Shown here: positions 1 to 13,600 of the stretch, piece after piece | Position numbering within the stretch: the first letter of the stretch is position 1 | How the letters are laid out: the number at the start of each line of letters is the position of its first letter | Source of the DNA: Tubulanus polymorphus | Taxonomy: Eukaryota; Animalia; Nemertea | DNA length: 64,000 nt | Assembly: GCF_964204645.1 (NCBI RefSeq) | Contig: NC_134026.1 | Span: 15,658,150 to 15,722,149, forward strand | Direction of reading: 5' to 3' | Made by a program: the position numbers and the translations under genes | Notes under the pieces: generated by a model | What the model was told of the DNA's origin: nothing | Seen by the model: the letters and a program-made list of their open reading frames with translations, nothing else | Database searches by the model: none

Positions 1-585
1 GTACCTGTTGTATCATATGATTGGTTGTTTTGATGGCCGACATAGCATTAGTTAGACGTTTATTGACACTTACAATGTATGATGCCATGTGTCCCTGCAA
101 ATGTTCGACCGCATCATGTTGCCTGTTAACTTTTGACACGATGGAATTAACTTTCGCTACTACCCTATTTAAATCGTCTGAAGTTGCTGTGCCAAAAAGC
201 GTTTTAGAAATGTCACCGATAAAATTAAGAAGTCCACGTTTAGAACGGCTGCCTTTGGTTGGTTGCTCTGAATGGGGAACCAGCTTGTGAACAGTTTTGA
301 CAAAATCACCGATATAGTTCAAACATCGAGCTCGTTCAGTATCAATTGTATCTATAGCCTTATTGAATATTTCGCAAGCCGTGGAAGTATTGGTGCATCT
401 AGAGATCGGAACGTATTTCTTAATTGTAGGGATCGGGAACTCGTAGGTGTGTAACCATGCATCGGAGCTGAAGTGCAAGTCCGACTGCTTTTCAAAAATA
501 ACACCGTAATTCAATTTTCTAATGGCATTTGATGGTTTGACGGTTGCCATCAGGAGGAACAGAACAATCGCTGTGGTTGCCAATC
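1..585 (-). pseudogene. env: env-like fusion glycoprotein (baculovirus F/errantivirus Env type), N-terminal part, one frameshift near 355
   Basis: Manual translation gives a hydrophobic leader LATTAIVLFLLMA, then RKLNYGVIFE..WLHTYEFP, then furin site plus fusion peptide RSKR|GLLNFIGDISKTLFGTAT. It is preceded by CTAAC, a pyrimidine tract and TGTAG (acceptor at 587-586). Confidence 0.85.
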
Positions 586-717
586 CTACAAATGAAAAAG
601 AGAACCTCAGTTAGGACCGAATGAATCAAGGAAGAATGCGGGCCCTGCATCTAACCTAAAATCCTAGCACAGATAGTTGGCCCTAATTGAGAACTAATCC
701 AAGAGTTGAATGGCTAA

Positions 718-3700
718 CTACACTTGTGCTTGCGTTGGTTTCTGTACATAGGGGCGTCGACGCTTACGACCATCTGCCCTCCTTGTTATGTGAAATGATC
801 GAATTAGGTGGGCAGGAATTGAAACACCATTAACTTCATGTCTACCGGGTATACCTGCGTATCGTATTTTCCAAATCTTTTTGCCACCGACAAATTTGTA
901 TGATATTAAGGCATCGATCTGTCCTGGAAATTTAAGAGGCAAGTCGGCTTTGTCAACATGCCCATTATGATTATCATTGATAGGTTTCGTTGTAACAACC
1001 TGCTTGCCACCCATTGATATATCAGTATTAGTAATTGGGGTGCCATCAACTACCTTGTCTAGCTGCGTAATGTGACTCGTTGGTGCTTAAGTAGGCGTTA
1101 TCCGAGTATCGTCATCTATCAAATGATCAGGGCGATCTTCAGGATCTTTAAATATTTCAATAACTTGGCGTTCACTGCACCTTTTCTAACCTTATTAGTA
1201 TCCTCTTTAGTCATATGATACGTGAAATTATCATTCACCTTATGAATATAATACGGACCGTCCGTTTGTTTGTACAGTTTATGCGACAAACCCCTGGGGG
1301 TCTTTTTCACCTTTAAGCATACACGATCGTTTAATTTAAAGGTAGGGATGTTTGACTTCTTATCATATCTAGTCTTATCTTTAACCTGAGTGTCATGAAT
1401 GTTTTCCTTGGCTAATTGCTCAACGGTTTTTATTTTGCTGATTATATCCTGCACAATTTGCTAGTGCGGTTTGGTCAGTGCATCAGTTGGAACTAGGGAG
1501 GTATCAATCGGAAGTGACATATGTCTTCCTGTCATTATTTCAAATGGCGAGAACCCAGTAGTAGGAGATATGCTCCTACGATGAACCATCATTACACTGG
1601 GTAATAACTCGTGCCAGTTTGACTGACTTTTATCGATATACGACCGTAGTATCTGTTCAATTATCGCATTATTCCTTTCACAAGCCGCGTTAGATTGAGG
1701 ATGATTAGAGCTTGTTTCCGTCTTGGTTATTTGGAATAAATCGGAGACAGCCCTTATAAGCTTTGAAATGAAGTTAGGCCCACGATCGGTAACGATGTTT
1801 CTCGGAGCACCCCATCTCGTAATGATCTGTGAGTACAGGACCTTGGCAATCTCTGGAGCCTCCTGTGATTGTAATGGAAAAGCTTCAGTCCACCTAGACA
1901 TACTTTCCACGACTAAAAGAATGTATTTGTGGCCATCTGTAGTTTGTGGTAATGGACCAATGATATCCATGTGCCATCTATGTAGTTTGTCTGCGATAGG
2001 CAGAGGATTTAATGGAGGCTTATTGTGCATGTTCTGTTTGTTTTCCTGACAATTCTTACAAGAGTTGATGTACGCTTCCAGGTCCGAATACATCCTGGGC
2101 CAAAAATATTGCTCCTTAATTGCTTCATAGGTTTTCTTTACTCCTAAGTGGCCACCACCGGCTTTGCAATCATGATACGACAATATAACGTCACGCCTCA
2201 TTGAGCGTGGTAGTACCACCTGGTAAATAACTGTTTTATTGCGTTTTCGTGCATCGGACCTAGGATAGTATAAGTGACACAGTATACCATTTGAACGTAC
2301 GTAATATTCATTTTCAATTGTTGCGAGATATTTAGCACGTCTAGGGTCCTTGGGAACTGTTTGCTCTTCAAGATAACTGATGATGTCCTGACAGTCAAGA
2401 CATTCCCTTTGAGCTTTAGCCAACTGCTCCTCGGAAGGTACAGGTTGGACCTGTAAAACCTGTATAGGCGCATCAGTTGCATAATGAAAGGTCACTTCGT
2501 TGCATGCAGGTGTGCCGATACTTAGAACCGTTGGCAAATCTGTATCATCATGATCTTGATGACATAATAGGTACAGTCGCCTGGACAAGGCATCAGCCGC
2601 TACATTTTTCTTTCCCGGTTTATAATGGATTGTATACTGAAGACCTTGTAAACGTAAGGACCATATACACAATCTTGAATTATGGTTCTTATTCTTGTCA
2701 AGGTAAGTAAGCGGCTGATGGTCAGTGAAAATATCGAACTCCGTATAGCGTAAATACTCTCCGTATTTCTCAACACCCTCTATGATAGCCAAGCATTCTT
2801 TTTCTGTGATTGACCATTTCTGTTCAGAAGGACCTAGTGATCGACCACCATAACAGACAACGTAATGATTACCATCATCATCAACCTGACCTAAAATCAT
2901 GCCAATACTACTATCTGAAGCATCGGTAGTTAATGTAAACCTGGCTTTCGGATTCGGATAACGTAATACCGGCGCCGAGGTGAGTGCACTTTTTAATTTA
3001 TCGAATGCGTTTTGAGCATCTTCCGTCCAGCGAAAGGCAACGTTTGCTCTGAGCAAAGTATTGAGCGGGTTTGCAATGTTTGCATAGCCTAAAATGAACC
3101 GCCTATAGTAGTTACACAGTCCTAAAAATGAACGAACGTCTCGTTGACATTTTGGTATTGGAAATGACTTAACAACTGATATCTTTGCATCATCTACCTG
3201 CAGACCATGCCGACTGAAAATGTGACCGAGATAAGTGACTCTATCTCTTCCGAATTAGCACTTAGATGGTTTTAATGTTAATTTAGCTTGCCGCAGACGT
3301 TTAAGAACCTGATCAAGATGCAGCAAGTGTTCATCAAATGATTGACTGAAAATCAATATGTCATCAATATAACGGAGTGCATATTTCCAATGCACACCTT
3401 GAAGTGCCTTAGACATAACCATTTGGAACGACATAGGTGCATTCATCAAACCAAATGGCATTTTTTTGAAATGATATTGGCCCTCATGGGTAAGAAACCC
3501 AGTACGTTCTTCCGAATTTTTGTCCATAGGGATCTGCCAAAACCCGGAAGACAAATCCAAGCTAGAGAAAAATTTTGTTTGGCTTTGGCCAACTGCATCA
3601 ACGACATCTTCCATTCGAGGCATCGGAAAGTTAATCGGTTTAGTGCATGCATTTAAAGCCCGATAGTCAATGGCAAAACGCCATTCCTTGGAATCCTTCT

Positions 3701-4784
3701 TTTTAACCATGACCACTGGAGAAGCCCATTCTGAGGTGCTTGGCACTGCAATACCATTATCCACCATCTCTTTGACCTTTGCCTCAATTTCCTGTTTCAT
3801 AGGAACTGAATAGCGGTATGGTCGGTGTCGAATCGGTGGATGATCACCAGTGTCAATTTTATGACTGTAGGGATCAGTACAACCTAATTCAGAGATGCCT
3901 GTCGCTAATACATCACGATTATGTATCAACAACCTATGCAGTGCTGAACGTTGAGTATCGTTTAAAACTTCAGAATCAATGTTGAAACTAATATCTGGTA
4001 TTTGATCTGTGTTAATTTGGGTTGTATGAGGTGATGCAACTGAGACGTTAGGAACTTCCCTAGAAATAGAATCTAACAGTTCGGATACAGAATCAACTTC
4101 AACGGCATGTACTGTAGCCAAAACTTTGTTACGTGGTATAAAAATCGCCTGATCAGTGGGATTCAAAACATTGAAGAAAACTTTACCGTTGCAACACTTA
4201 GTTAGCGTACGAGCACCAGCAAGTTTGTTTTTGTGTAAAGTTTGAACTGGTTCTAATAATAACACCTCAGTGTTTTTACTAAGGTTTTTGACAAATAAAG
4301 GAATACAACTAGTAGAATGGGGTGGGATAACAACGGCGCGTGTGGATTTGGACAACCCAATATTTGAATCAATATGCTGAACATGTCGGTCACCTATGGC
4401 CAAAAGTTTCTTTTCCATTATAAAAGAAACGTTGAATTTTTCCATAAAATTCCATCCAATGATGAGTGGGTGATGCAACACTTTAAAAACGTGGAAGTCA
4501 AAATGGAGGGTGAGAGATCCACCAAAGGTGATAGGCAAATTGATTTTTCCTACAACCTCGTGCGTTTCACCCCCAACTCCTACAATAGATGTATAATTGG
4601 ATGGCTCTATTCTATGAGATAATTTACACTTGTCTAAAGTATACTTTAATACACAGCAAATTTGAGCACCTGGATCTATCAATGCATTCACAATTTTTTT
4701 GTTAACAGTGACCACGCAAGTATTTCTTTCCGTCATGTTAACGACTGGTTTGTCATCTACCCGCCTATCCGTAGGTGTATTCAT
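718..4784 (-). pseudogene. pol: Gypsy pol (protease, RT, RNase H, integrase with GPY/F, chromodomain-like tail)
   Basis: Motifs seen: ALIDPGAQI (DTG-like), WRFAIDYRALN, MPFGL, YIDD, TDAS..EKECLA..TDH, HHCC and D,D35E (WHMDIIGP, TDRG, ACERNN), GPYYI. ORFs 3255-4784, 1461-3056 and 1119-1454 are in one frame separated by single stops. 718-1014 is reached by frameshift. Confidence 0.95.
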
Positions 4785-4808
4785 TTGCCTTTGGATAGGC
4801 CCGCGTCT

Positions 4809-5928
4809 TCAATGACGTGAATTGCTACGGGAGCTACTAGAACCCTGATTTGGCCTATGTTCAGATCGACTGTAACGTTGGTCATTAAATTGGTGACCCC
4901 TAATAGGTCTTCCTGAATTAGCCTGATTATAAGAACCAGACCCTTGTTGTTGGTACCGAAAACTATTTTCTTCTGATCTACATTTTTGCCGAAAATGACC
5001 CGGTTTGCCACAGTTAAAACATTTTTTGCCATTAGCATAACAAGCACCAGAATCGTGTAACTTACCACAGCGTCCACAAGAGGGAACTTGTGTCGGTTGA
5101 TAGGTGTTATGTCGACGTGTCGGCTGATAGCTTGCGACTGCAACTGCTGCTCGAACATTCTCTGTATTTTCCTGTACCTGAGACATAATACTATCCATTG
5201 TCCGAATTTGCTTGTATGGCTTGCGTCAATTTGTTGATTGCCGTCAAAATTAACGTAGACTCCCCAGATGTAGTTGTAGCCGCTGCTACTGCTGGTCCAT
5301 TTGACGGTGCTCGTTGCACATTCACCATATGGCGTCTTAAATCGTCCAAAGATGTATGATCTTTCAGCCTCGCTGGCAGCTGGAGATGTGGTTTTAGCCC
5401 TCTGATTGCCATGTCGATGACGAACTCCGAGGGTGCACCTACAGACACCTGCTCCACCCGATGGATGTAACTATCTGTCGTCTCCGCCTCCCTTTGTTTT
5501 AGATCATGAAGCGAATCCCAATAATGCTTTTTAAACCGCAATACCAATTTATCTTTGATATTCTCGTATGTCTCTCTCTCAGCCGTAGCAAGGTTATAAA
5601 ACCATGTTTTTTCTGGCCCTTCGAGATAAAAAGGAATCGATTGATTCTGTTCTTTCGGAATATTGTTCAGCGTACAATACGTTTCGAATGTACGTAACCA
5701 CATCGTAACATCTGACTGGCCGTCAAAAGCTTCTACTCTACCCAAAGGCATGGTGTTGTTCATCACCCAATCAGGCTGGTCTGGTGCGGGTGGTTGTACT
5801 ATCAGCCCCTTGAGTCTTGTTTCTACAGGTTCCTGTGTCGTAAGTGTTGACGGAACAGGGGAACTTCGCGTTTGTCGATAATTCTGATTCGTAGGGTTTC
5901 TTCCGGTCATCGTGCCCGGGTTCTCCAC
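4809..5928 (-). pseudogene. gag: Gypsy gag (capsid plus zinc knuckle), split by a frameshift near 5195
   Basis: FDGQSDVTMWLRTFE..LEGPEKTWFY..LKQREAETTDSY capsid-like motifs; CFNCGKPGHFRQKC (CX2CX4HX4C). Confidence 0.9.
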
Positions 5929-5930
5929 CA
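5913..5930 (-). promoter_or_regulatory. Primer-binding site, complementary to a tRNA 3' end (Ala-like)
   Basis: TGGTGGAGAACCCGGGCA lies 3 nt after the LTR end CATCA. Its complement ends CTCCACCA, as in tRNA-Ala. The tRNA identity is inference. Confidence 0.75.
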
Positions 5931-5933
5931 GTA

Positions 5934-6630
5934 TGATGCCGTTGTTTTCTCAGTCCTTGAATTAAATAAAGAGCAACTCAGAGGTCTCGTTCATGTAGTA
6001 TATTGTCAGCAGAATAGAATGAATACTATAATAATTACAAGTTACATATTTTTAATATTTATAAAAGCAATAGTATTTGACGCTTAAAATATGATATTTT
6101 ATAACAAGCAAAAGCTAGATTTAACCACTAATAAATCTGACTCTGTATAATACATCAAAAGCACATTTGAAGAGATATATTAAATGATTATTTCTCCAAA
6201 ACATGCCTCTAATACAATCTCCAGAGTTCAGGTCACATGACATAAAAATGGCTTACCTTGAATTAAATAAAGAGCAACTCAGAGGTCTCGTTCATGTAGT
6301 ATATTGTCAGCAGAATAGAATGACTGCAGTTCCATTCCATGGGTATTTATACCCATCTGCTGAGAACTAGCTGAGACATGAGTTTGATAGTTAATTAGCC
6401 ATAGTTATTAAATAAACAATACTTGCTAGACATGTATCTCACAGTTTAGACATGTTGGCATTAATATAATATGAGAATAACTACTCTTAAATTGTTGAGT
6501 GTCAGACACCAATTAGCAACACAGGTCTGTGGGATTATAGTGATTGCAGGTACTAATTAATGTTTGACACAAAACTGTTACTAAGTTTATAGATACAATA
6601 TATGTAATATATGTTTATGATATAACATCA
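5934..6630 (-). repeat. 5' LTR of the Gypsy element
   Basis: Inverted termini TGATG...CATCA next to the PBS. TATAAATA at 6351-6344, with an Inr-like TCATT 30 nt downstream. Confidence 0.8.
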
Positions 6631-7009
6631 ACTATGACAAATTAAGACATTTCATTATTTTAAATACATAACATTATAAGCCAAAATCAGACTAAATATA
6701 TATAAAGTATGGCTGTGTAAAGTACAGCATGATAATTTTCTGTAGTGTGAACACAGATTCGGCGTTAAGCTAGGCGCGTTTTTACATGCTCGTAGAACAA
6801 TACACTCAACGCTAATTACACTTCCCTCTATCGGCACACCGGGTGACTACTATACTGGGCTTGCTAAGTGCAAAATTGCCGACTCTACGTGTGAACGTTA
6901 CTGGCTGTGTAAGCGCCGCACTTTCGGTACCAGCGAAGTACGGTACTTCATAAGTGCCGAATCTAGTGTGAACGCGGCTTATCAAACGACAGCAGAATCG
7001 CAATAACAA

Positions 7010-7655
7010 CAGATGTTCATTTTATCCTACACGATGTGGCTACAATCAGTGAAATCGATCTTGTTCTGAAATATATTAACTATTTTCTCTGGATACGTAT
7101 TGTTTATTGTCGCGATTCTATGCGGTTTTATACATTAACCTGCTGTAACATATTGACCGTTTTCAAGAACCCGAAAATTAAAATTTTCTGGAAAATGTTG
7201 ATCTAACCGTAAAAGAAAACGTTCTGTGACAGAAAATAAGCTCAGCAGTGACTGATTATCATGTTATGCCCTTCCATTGGATTAATTCCCTTCACGTGAT
7301 TAATTGGTGGCCAAATATGTTCTACCGTGGAAACTCTGCATTTGGCGTTAAACGAATTTTTGTATGTATCAGAATGCATGCTCTTCAAAAAGGTAGCCTA
7401 TAAGGAAAAAAAAAACTTAGCCGGTAAAATGTCCTAATTTGTCCTAAAAGATGTTCCAACTATTATTTTGTAAATTATCCAACTATTATCACTTACTGGG
7501 TAAGTTAGTTGAATTCACATAAGATATTTCAGAAGGGACACTTCAATTTCACACCATTCAATATCATAAGGGAACACATTTCTTTGAAATTTGGTAGTTC
7601 TTAAGACTAGGTTTTGTTTTCGAAATCTACCAACTGTGCCAATTCTAATAATTCA
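7010..7655 (+). repeat. Segment duplicated at ~16265-16950; similarity continues 9980-10110 vs 16950-17095
   Basis: Collinear near-identical text, e.g. tcagtgaaatcgatc..ttctgaaatatat, gggacacttcaatttcacaccattcaatatcataagggaac. Confidence 0.85.
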
Positions 7656-9970
7656 CGGTTCCTGAACTTCGCTGAAAAAGCTGAAACACTGAAAAGCTGA
7701 AACGCTGAAATAAAAACGCTGAAATTTCAGGGAGTTTCCAAAAAACGCCGAAATTTCAGGGAATTCCCGAAAAATGCTGAAATCGTGCTAGGTACCGACA
7801 ATACACGTTTTGAAATGTTTTCCGGGCCGGTGTCCGCTGACGAGTCCTGATCCGTGTTTTATGCTCTACCTTCGGTTACAGAGACATGCCTTAAGGTCAT
7901 CGTCATGATCGACTTGATCGATTGCGGATTGCGTGGATTGTTAGATGTGTTTTTTGCCATAGTTTTATGTGCATATACCGGTACGATCTAACAATGAAGT
8001 TATCACTTCATTTGAATAAATTCTTAATTACAGTAATATTAATTCACAATATTTTTTCTTATGTTTGGTGATTTCTTGCAACTTATCATTGCCAAGTCTC
8101 ATACAAGTAGTTGCTGAATGAAAGTACAGTTAGGCTGAACCCGATAACCCAAATTAAGTGCTAGCATGGAACTAATGATTATTTTGATTCTATTTTCGGT
8201 GTCATTGAAATTCGTTAATAAAGGTTCAACCGTCATAGTATACTGTACTTAGCATTGCTACGATTGGGTGCCATATTTCTACAATTTCTACAAGGAGGAA
8301 GGAATCTTTAAGTGTCTTTGTTCCCGGGCAGGGTACGGGGTAAAACCTGGTTTACTTTCTCTTTCGACTTGCCGGAGACTACTATCTGCAATGTATTGCA
8401 TGCTTTGATTTGTCTGGCCTATAGGAGTCGAACGATATTTTTTTCCCATACACAGGCTTGGCTTTAGTGTAGATGAAGGCTAGGCACTGCACATTGTGGA
8501 TTGACTGGAACTCTTAACTCACAAAATTAAACGAGTCAACAAGAAAGATCCAATAATTGGATATTTGTCTAACTATATTATCTAACAGCTTGAAATAATA
8601 CATAACACATTCTGCAAGAGTACACAAAGGAAATCAGTTCTTACATTATATCAGAATCAATAGTTCGCTTAACTCTGGCTAGAATTCTGGTTCCATTGCT
8701 TCATATTCTAATGAAATCCACTAGCATACCTTAGAATATCGCTTAGCTTAAGACTAAAAATTTGGTACCAGGAAACAGGGAAGAAAAGTGGGTGTACTGT
8801 ACATCCGCAATTGACTTATTTCGAATAGCCATTTTATTTTTAAAAATTGTGTCGTTCAGCTATCCTGCTGCAAATTTCGCAGTTGAAGTTTACTGGTGCC
8901 ATCTGATTTCTCAGTATCTCAAAAAATTTGCACATTCTAAGCCGGAATCTAAAAATAGGAAAAGGTGCATTTTAGTCGGATATAAAAGAATAGTGGCTAA
9001 TACACCCTGGACTATATAGCCTATGGGTTGGGCCTAGTTTGAAAGCACTGAGGTCCGAGAGAACAGCACTTAGTAAATAAATACTGAAATTAAACTTACA
9101 AAACACCCAGTACTTGAGATGATGTACTTGACAAGAAGTGTCTCCAGCTAAGCAAATCAACTTTGTCTATGACTACAGTAGTCTACAAATAAGAATCGGT
9201 ACATTTTTCTAACAGTTGGTATGTCATTTCTTCAAAAAAACTAATTATTATCACGCCACAGCAAATAAATTATTCACAGTTGTTGAATGGTTTGCCCGAT
9301 TTAGATTATTTGGTTGACGCTAATCAGTATGACCCATACGTAGGGGCCTACTGCATGCCATTGGCGTCAATCCATTCCATTCCATTCCACAGTGAATTAA
9401 AAAGAAATTTAGTTAGATCCCTTTTGTCCAAAAGCTGCATCATTTATATAACTAGCTGTCAAATTTAATTTACCTCCTTCAGAGAATACCATAGTGACAT
9501 AGTCCGTCGCCCATCAACGTGTTGACAAAAGAAAAGTTGCTCCATGTTTTATACATGAACGTTCAAATAAGATATTTTGCGTCTTGCAGGGAATATTGAG
9601 CATTAGTGTTTAAGTTGGCTTGCACGGTTTGTGAATGGGTTTTCCTCATTATGCTGCCTGTACGCATTAAAAATCCGGATTTCAAGCGAATTAATTTGTC
9701 CAACAAGTGGCCCTCTAGAAGTATACTCCACACATACTGTCCATGCGTGTCTCTGTAACCGAAGGTAGAGACTAAAACACGGTTCAGGACTCGGCAGCGG
9801 ACACCGGCCCGGAAAATATTTCAAAACGTGTATTGTTGGTACCTAGCACGATTTCAGCGTTTTTTGGGAATTCCCTGAAATTTCGGCGTTTTTCGGAAAT
9901 TCCCTGAAATTTCAGCGTTTTTATTTCAGCGTTTCAGTGATTCAGCTTTTTCAGCGAAGTTCAGGAACCG
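7656..9970. mobile_element. Non-autonomous Mutator-like DNA transposon
   Basis: ~230-bp TIRs (CGGTTCCTGAACTTCGCTG.. / ..CAGCGAAGTTCAGGAACCG) and a 9-bp TSD AATAATTCA at 7647-7655 and 9971-9979. The empty site is present in the paralogous copy at ~16945. No intact transposase was seen. Confidence 0.85.
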
Positions 9971-10192
9971 AATAATTCACTCATTCACCTGATAAAAGCT
10001 TCTATACACCAGTAGCGAAATCTCGTGCGTCAAATAAATAGTAATAATAATAATAATCTTTTCTTCATTAATTCTAATAGTTTTTATTGATTCTTTTTTT
10101 ACTGGAACATGCGTCACTTTTTATCGCTGCCACATCTGTAATCGTATCCATCGTGTTACAAAACATCTCCATTCTAAATGTATTTTTTACAG

Positions 10193-10657
10193 TATTTTCA
10201 AAAAAACTCGGGAATAATGGATGCAACTACTACAACAGCAATATCCGTGGAGTTGAATGGAGTAATGAGAACACGTTCAAAGCTGATCAGACGGGAAAGA
10301 TAGACGGTAACCAAACTTATTTGCAACTATTTCTATATTTTAAGCACCGCATCAGCGTTAAAACTTCATCTTGTTCTATCTTATATTCAAGGTTGCATTA
10401 TGGAATCTATACCAGCTGTAGTATTCAACGGGACGTGTTTGTATAACATGACGTATAACCTAAGGAATATGTTTGGTACAAGGTCTGCAAAATTCTGTCG
10501 AGACCTCTGCAAGTTGAAATCTGAGTGCATTGCAGTTACCTGGAAAATTCATAGAAAAAGAAAGACTTGTTCGTTATATTCACAAGTATCGGACTACGTT
10601 CCACAAACTGGACCGTCCACTCTTTGGTTGCGTTCATATATAAAGTTTTGTGATTAA
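10193..10657 (+). CDS. Last two exons (10193-10306, 10392-10657) of a host PAN/Apple-domain protein gene
   Basis: AG/GT boundaries are phase-compatible. CRDLCKLKSECIAVTW..TCSLYS is a PAN-type cysteine pattern. AATAAA follows the stop. Confidence 0.6.
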
Positions 10658-13600
10658 ATGAATAAACCTAAAAATATCTATATACTATGAGAGTTATCGA
10701 ATACATTACCGTTAAGTACGTACGCAAGCCTAGGACCTCAACGGTAAAAGCCCACGATCTGCGTAGAAAGCTAGGTAGCTTTTTACACAATGCGTGCGTA
10801 CGTACGTACTTACGTGATAAATCAAATCGCACTAATTTCTACCACCATAAAGTCCTTGATAATTTTGTTTATATTAGCCTGCATTTTATTTTCAATTATG
10901 GATGCGTTGACGACAGATATGTGCTAAAAGTAAATATTGTTTATGTTGATGCAAGGCACATGACGTGTTATCAATTCCTTAAATCGGCGCCTTCAAGAGG
11001 CGCAAGCTTTATGGCGCGATAATAAAAGTTTTACTTAGACTTTAATAAACAGAGTAGTAGACTACAACAGACGTTTGTTTCTGTTTTATACAACTATATT
11101 GCGTACGTAAGATAGGAGGAGGCCATTGGCAATAATACGCTGCGCGTACACAAGGCATGACCTCTTTTTGCGCACGTGCTTTGGCTAAGGAATGATACCT
11201 TGTTTCTCCACCTCCTCGACCAGGCAGGCAGGTGTTTTTTAACACATATTGTGGAAACTCTGGCCAGGCAGACATGATTTTATTTTTATATACAACAAAT
11301 TTGTAGAATAAGAAAAGATTGAAATTTCCAGATATTGATATGAAAGGGTAGGGAAAGACCCGAGTTATGACCTACTTACGTTTTCAAATGACATATTGCC
11401 ACCGGTACCAAATAACAAAATAAATTGCCCATGGGCAAAGTGTGGTTTACCTTGAAAGCTAGAGGTTGTTTGGAGTAAGGGCATTGCTTGAAAAATCATT
11501 TTAATTCGTGACTTCAAAGTTCTAGAAGTTTATATTGTATTTTATCTTTCTTAAAGAATTATTTTGTAGTCAAATAAGACCAAAGATAAACATTTGTTTA
11601 TGGTCTACGTCCAAAATCTCTTGGAAAGTCTTGGAAACGAAACATTTTCCAATGTATGGCCGAGGAAGCTAAAACCGGGGCGTAGTATTAAATCCTGGAA
11701 TTTACCACTACAATATTCAGACCTCGGCCTATACCTATAGTTTGCTGCTTAGTATTTTCAGGTCACAAGAAATTACAATTTATTACAAATTCTATCAAAC
11801 ACAGCGCTCATCTGCTACGACGATTATTCAGCCTGTTATCATACCAAACGTGCACGCGCCAAGCAGGGTTACAACATCACCATGTAGAAGTCTGTATGAG
11901 CGTGTGTTTGTGTGCGCAACAGTCTAATGTTAGCACTCCCGCGCACGTGGAGGCCTTGACGTATAGTGAGCGTTCGCTTCACTTCAATCTCAACGAACAG
12001 ATTCACCGGGTATTAAAATGAAACAATACCTATGTGAAATGATTATATTCTCACCAGCAATGAGCGTTTAAAATTCGCACACATACGGCACCTAGTCCAA
12101 TGAAACTTTCGCCATTAATTGCTTTCCCATAATTATTTTAGTATTTTAGCGCCGGAATTCCCCGTATATGCCAAAAACAGCCAATCACATTCGCTCGTAG
12201 AGACGACGCCTCCCAATCGAGGTCATTGCAATTTCATACGCAAGACCTAAGAATTTTCCCACCAAAAACAGTTTTTCGTCGAATTTAAACAATGTCATCG
12301 TCGCAGGTTCGTAATGTCTTCAATCGTATCGATTATACGTCGTTTAACCCGAGAAACAATGAAAAAAATGCTCATATAAAACAACGTACGACGATTTTAC
12401 ATGAATTGGCTCAATGCCAACCTCACACTGCTGACAAAGGTAAACCAAAAACTACAAGCGCAGATAGTCACAGAGACGAAGTTGGTGTTCCCGCTCGTTT
12501 AACTGTATTTCTGTCATTCGCAAATACATATTCCAGGTAAAATGGTTCGACTCGTTCAGTCACAGTCAAAAGAATAACCGAACACTCAACGCCGTCCGCG
12601 GTCCCAAGCGTGGGAGCGAAGTTCCTACACGTGGTAAATGTTGCAACTGACAACCCAGGGGCGTAGCCACCTAAAATTCAGTCTTGGTTGAACCAAGACT
12701 GAATTTTTGTTATCAACTTCCAAACTGACTTTTATTCGACCATAAATATTGACCAAGACGCAAAGACGTTGATATAATACGAAATTAAAGTTTACAAATT
12801 TGTGATTCAGTGTACAGAAAACTGACCTCTAATGAGCAACTGATAAATAACATTACGGATTAACCTGAATTAAACTTACGGAACAATTGAGCCTTTTGAC
12901 AATATATTGATACCACCAAAACCAGCTGCGTTAAAATATGGATACGAACCGCAAAATGACGTAGTAAAGCCGAAACAATAATATGAATGATAGGTGGCAG
13001 CACAATAAAGTATTGAAATGGTACGGTATATGAAATTACAAACTTCGTACTGAAATAACTATACAAAACTTCGAACAACAAGAGCCGAAACGTGGCCTCA
13101 ACAGTAAACCAAAGTTTTTTTTTCTAAAATGAAATGCGTTACGGGAAACCGATAGGGCCCTATCGATTTTTTTTGACGCAACAGCATCGTGTTCAATTCA
13201 ATCGCCGTGAACATGAACGCCCTTGAACTTTCACCAGCGCTACTGTCGCTAAAGTCTTATCTTTACCGAGCGAGGATCCAGTGATATGTTGCGTACAGTA
13301 CTGATACACCGGTCACAATCCTCTCTTTAATCGTTATCTATTAAAATACTTGAGTAAGGCCCTGGCGAGAGAACGTGTCCGTGCACAAATCCGAATGAAT
13401 AAACTGAAATACCGGATGATAATATTGAAGATAATATATTTTATTTACCTTGAACCTGAGAATGATTTTCCTAATCCCTATTATATGAATCCCTATCGTT
13501 CCGAAGCTTCTCCTGTCCTGCTGTCGACACTCGTCTTACTAAGGTACAGATTCTCCCGATTGACTGCTCTCTCAAGATGCGGGTCCCTTTTATAGAAAGA

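Larger units (their letters stand above)
1..6630 (-). mobile_element. Ty3/Gypsy LTR retrotransposon with env (errantivirus-like), recently pseudogenised; 3' end lies outside the window
   Basis: Minus-strand order is LTR-PBS-gag(CCHC)-PR-RT-RNaseH-IN-chromo-like-env. The PR-RT-RH-IN order is diagnostic of Ty3/Gypsy. Confidence 0.95.

Noticed and set aside
21-5881. Short plus-strand ORFs over the Gypsy element
   Set aside because: Antisense shadows of gag, pol and env with no motifs.
5913-5930. tRNA gene
   Set aside because: Only 18 nt matching a CCA-containing 3' end, so this is a PBS.
6256-6295. LTR mini-exon as the env leader
   Set aside because: Its ATG frame has a stop before the donor and ends in phase 0, whereas the env exon needs phase 1.
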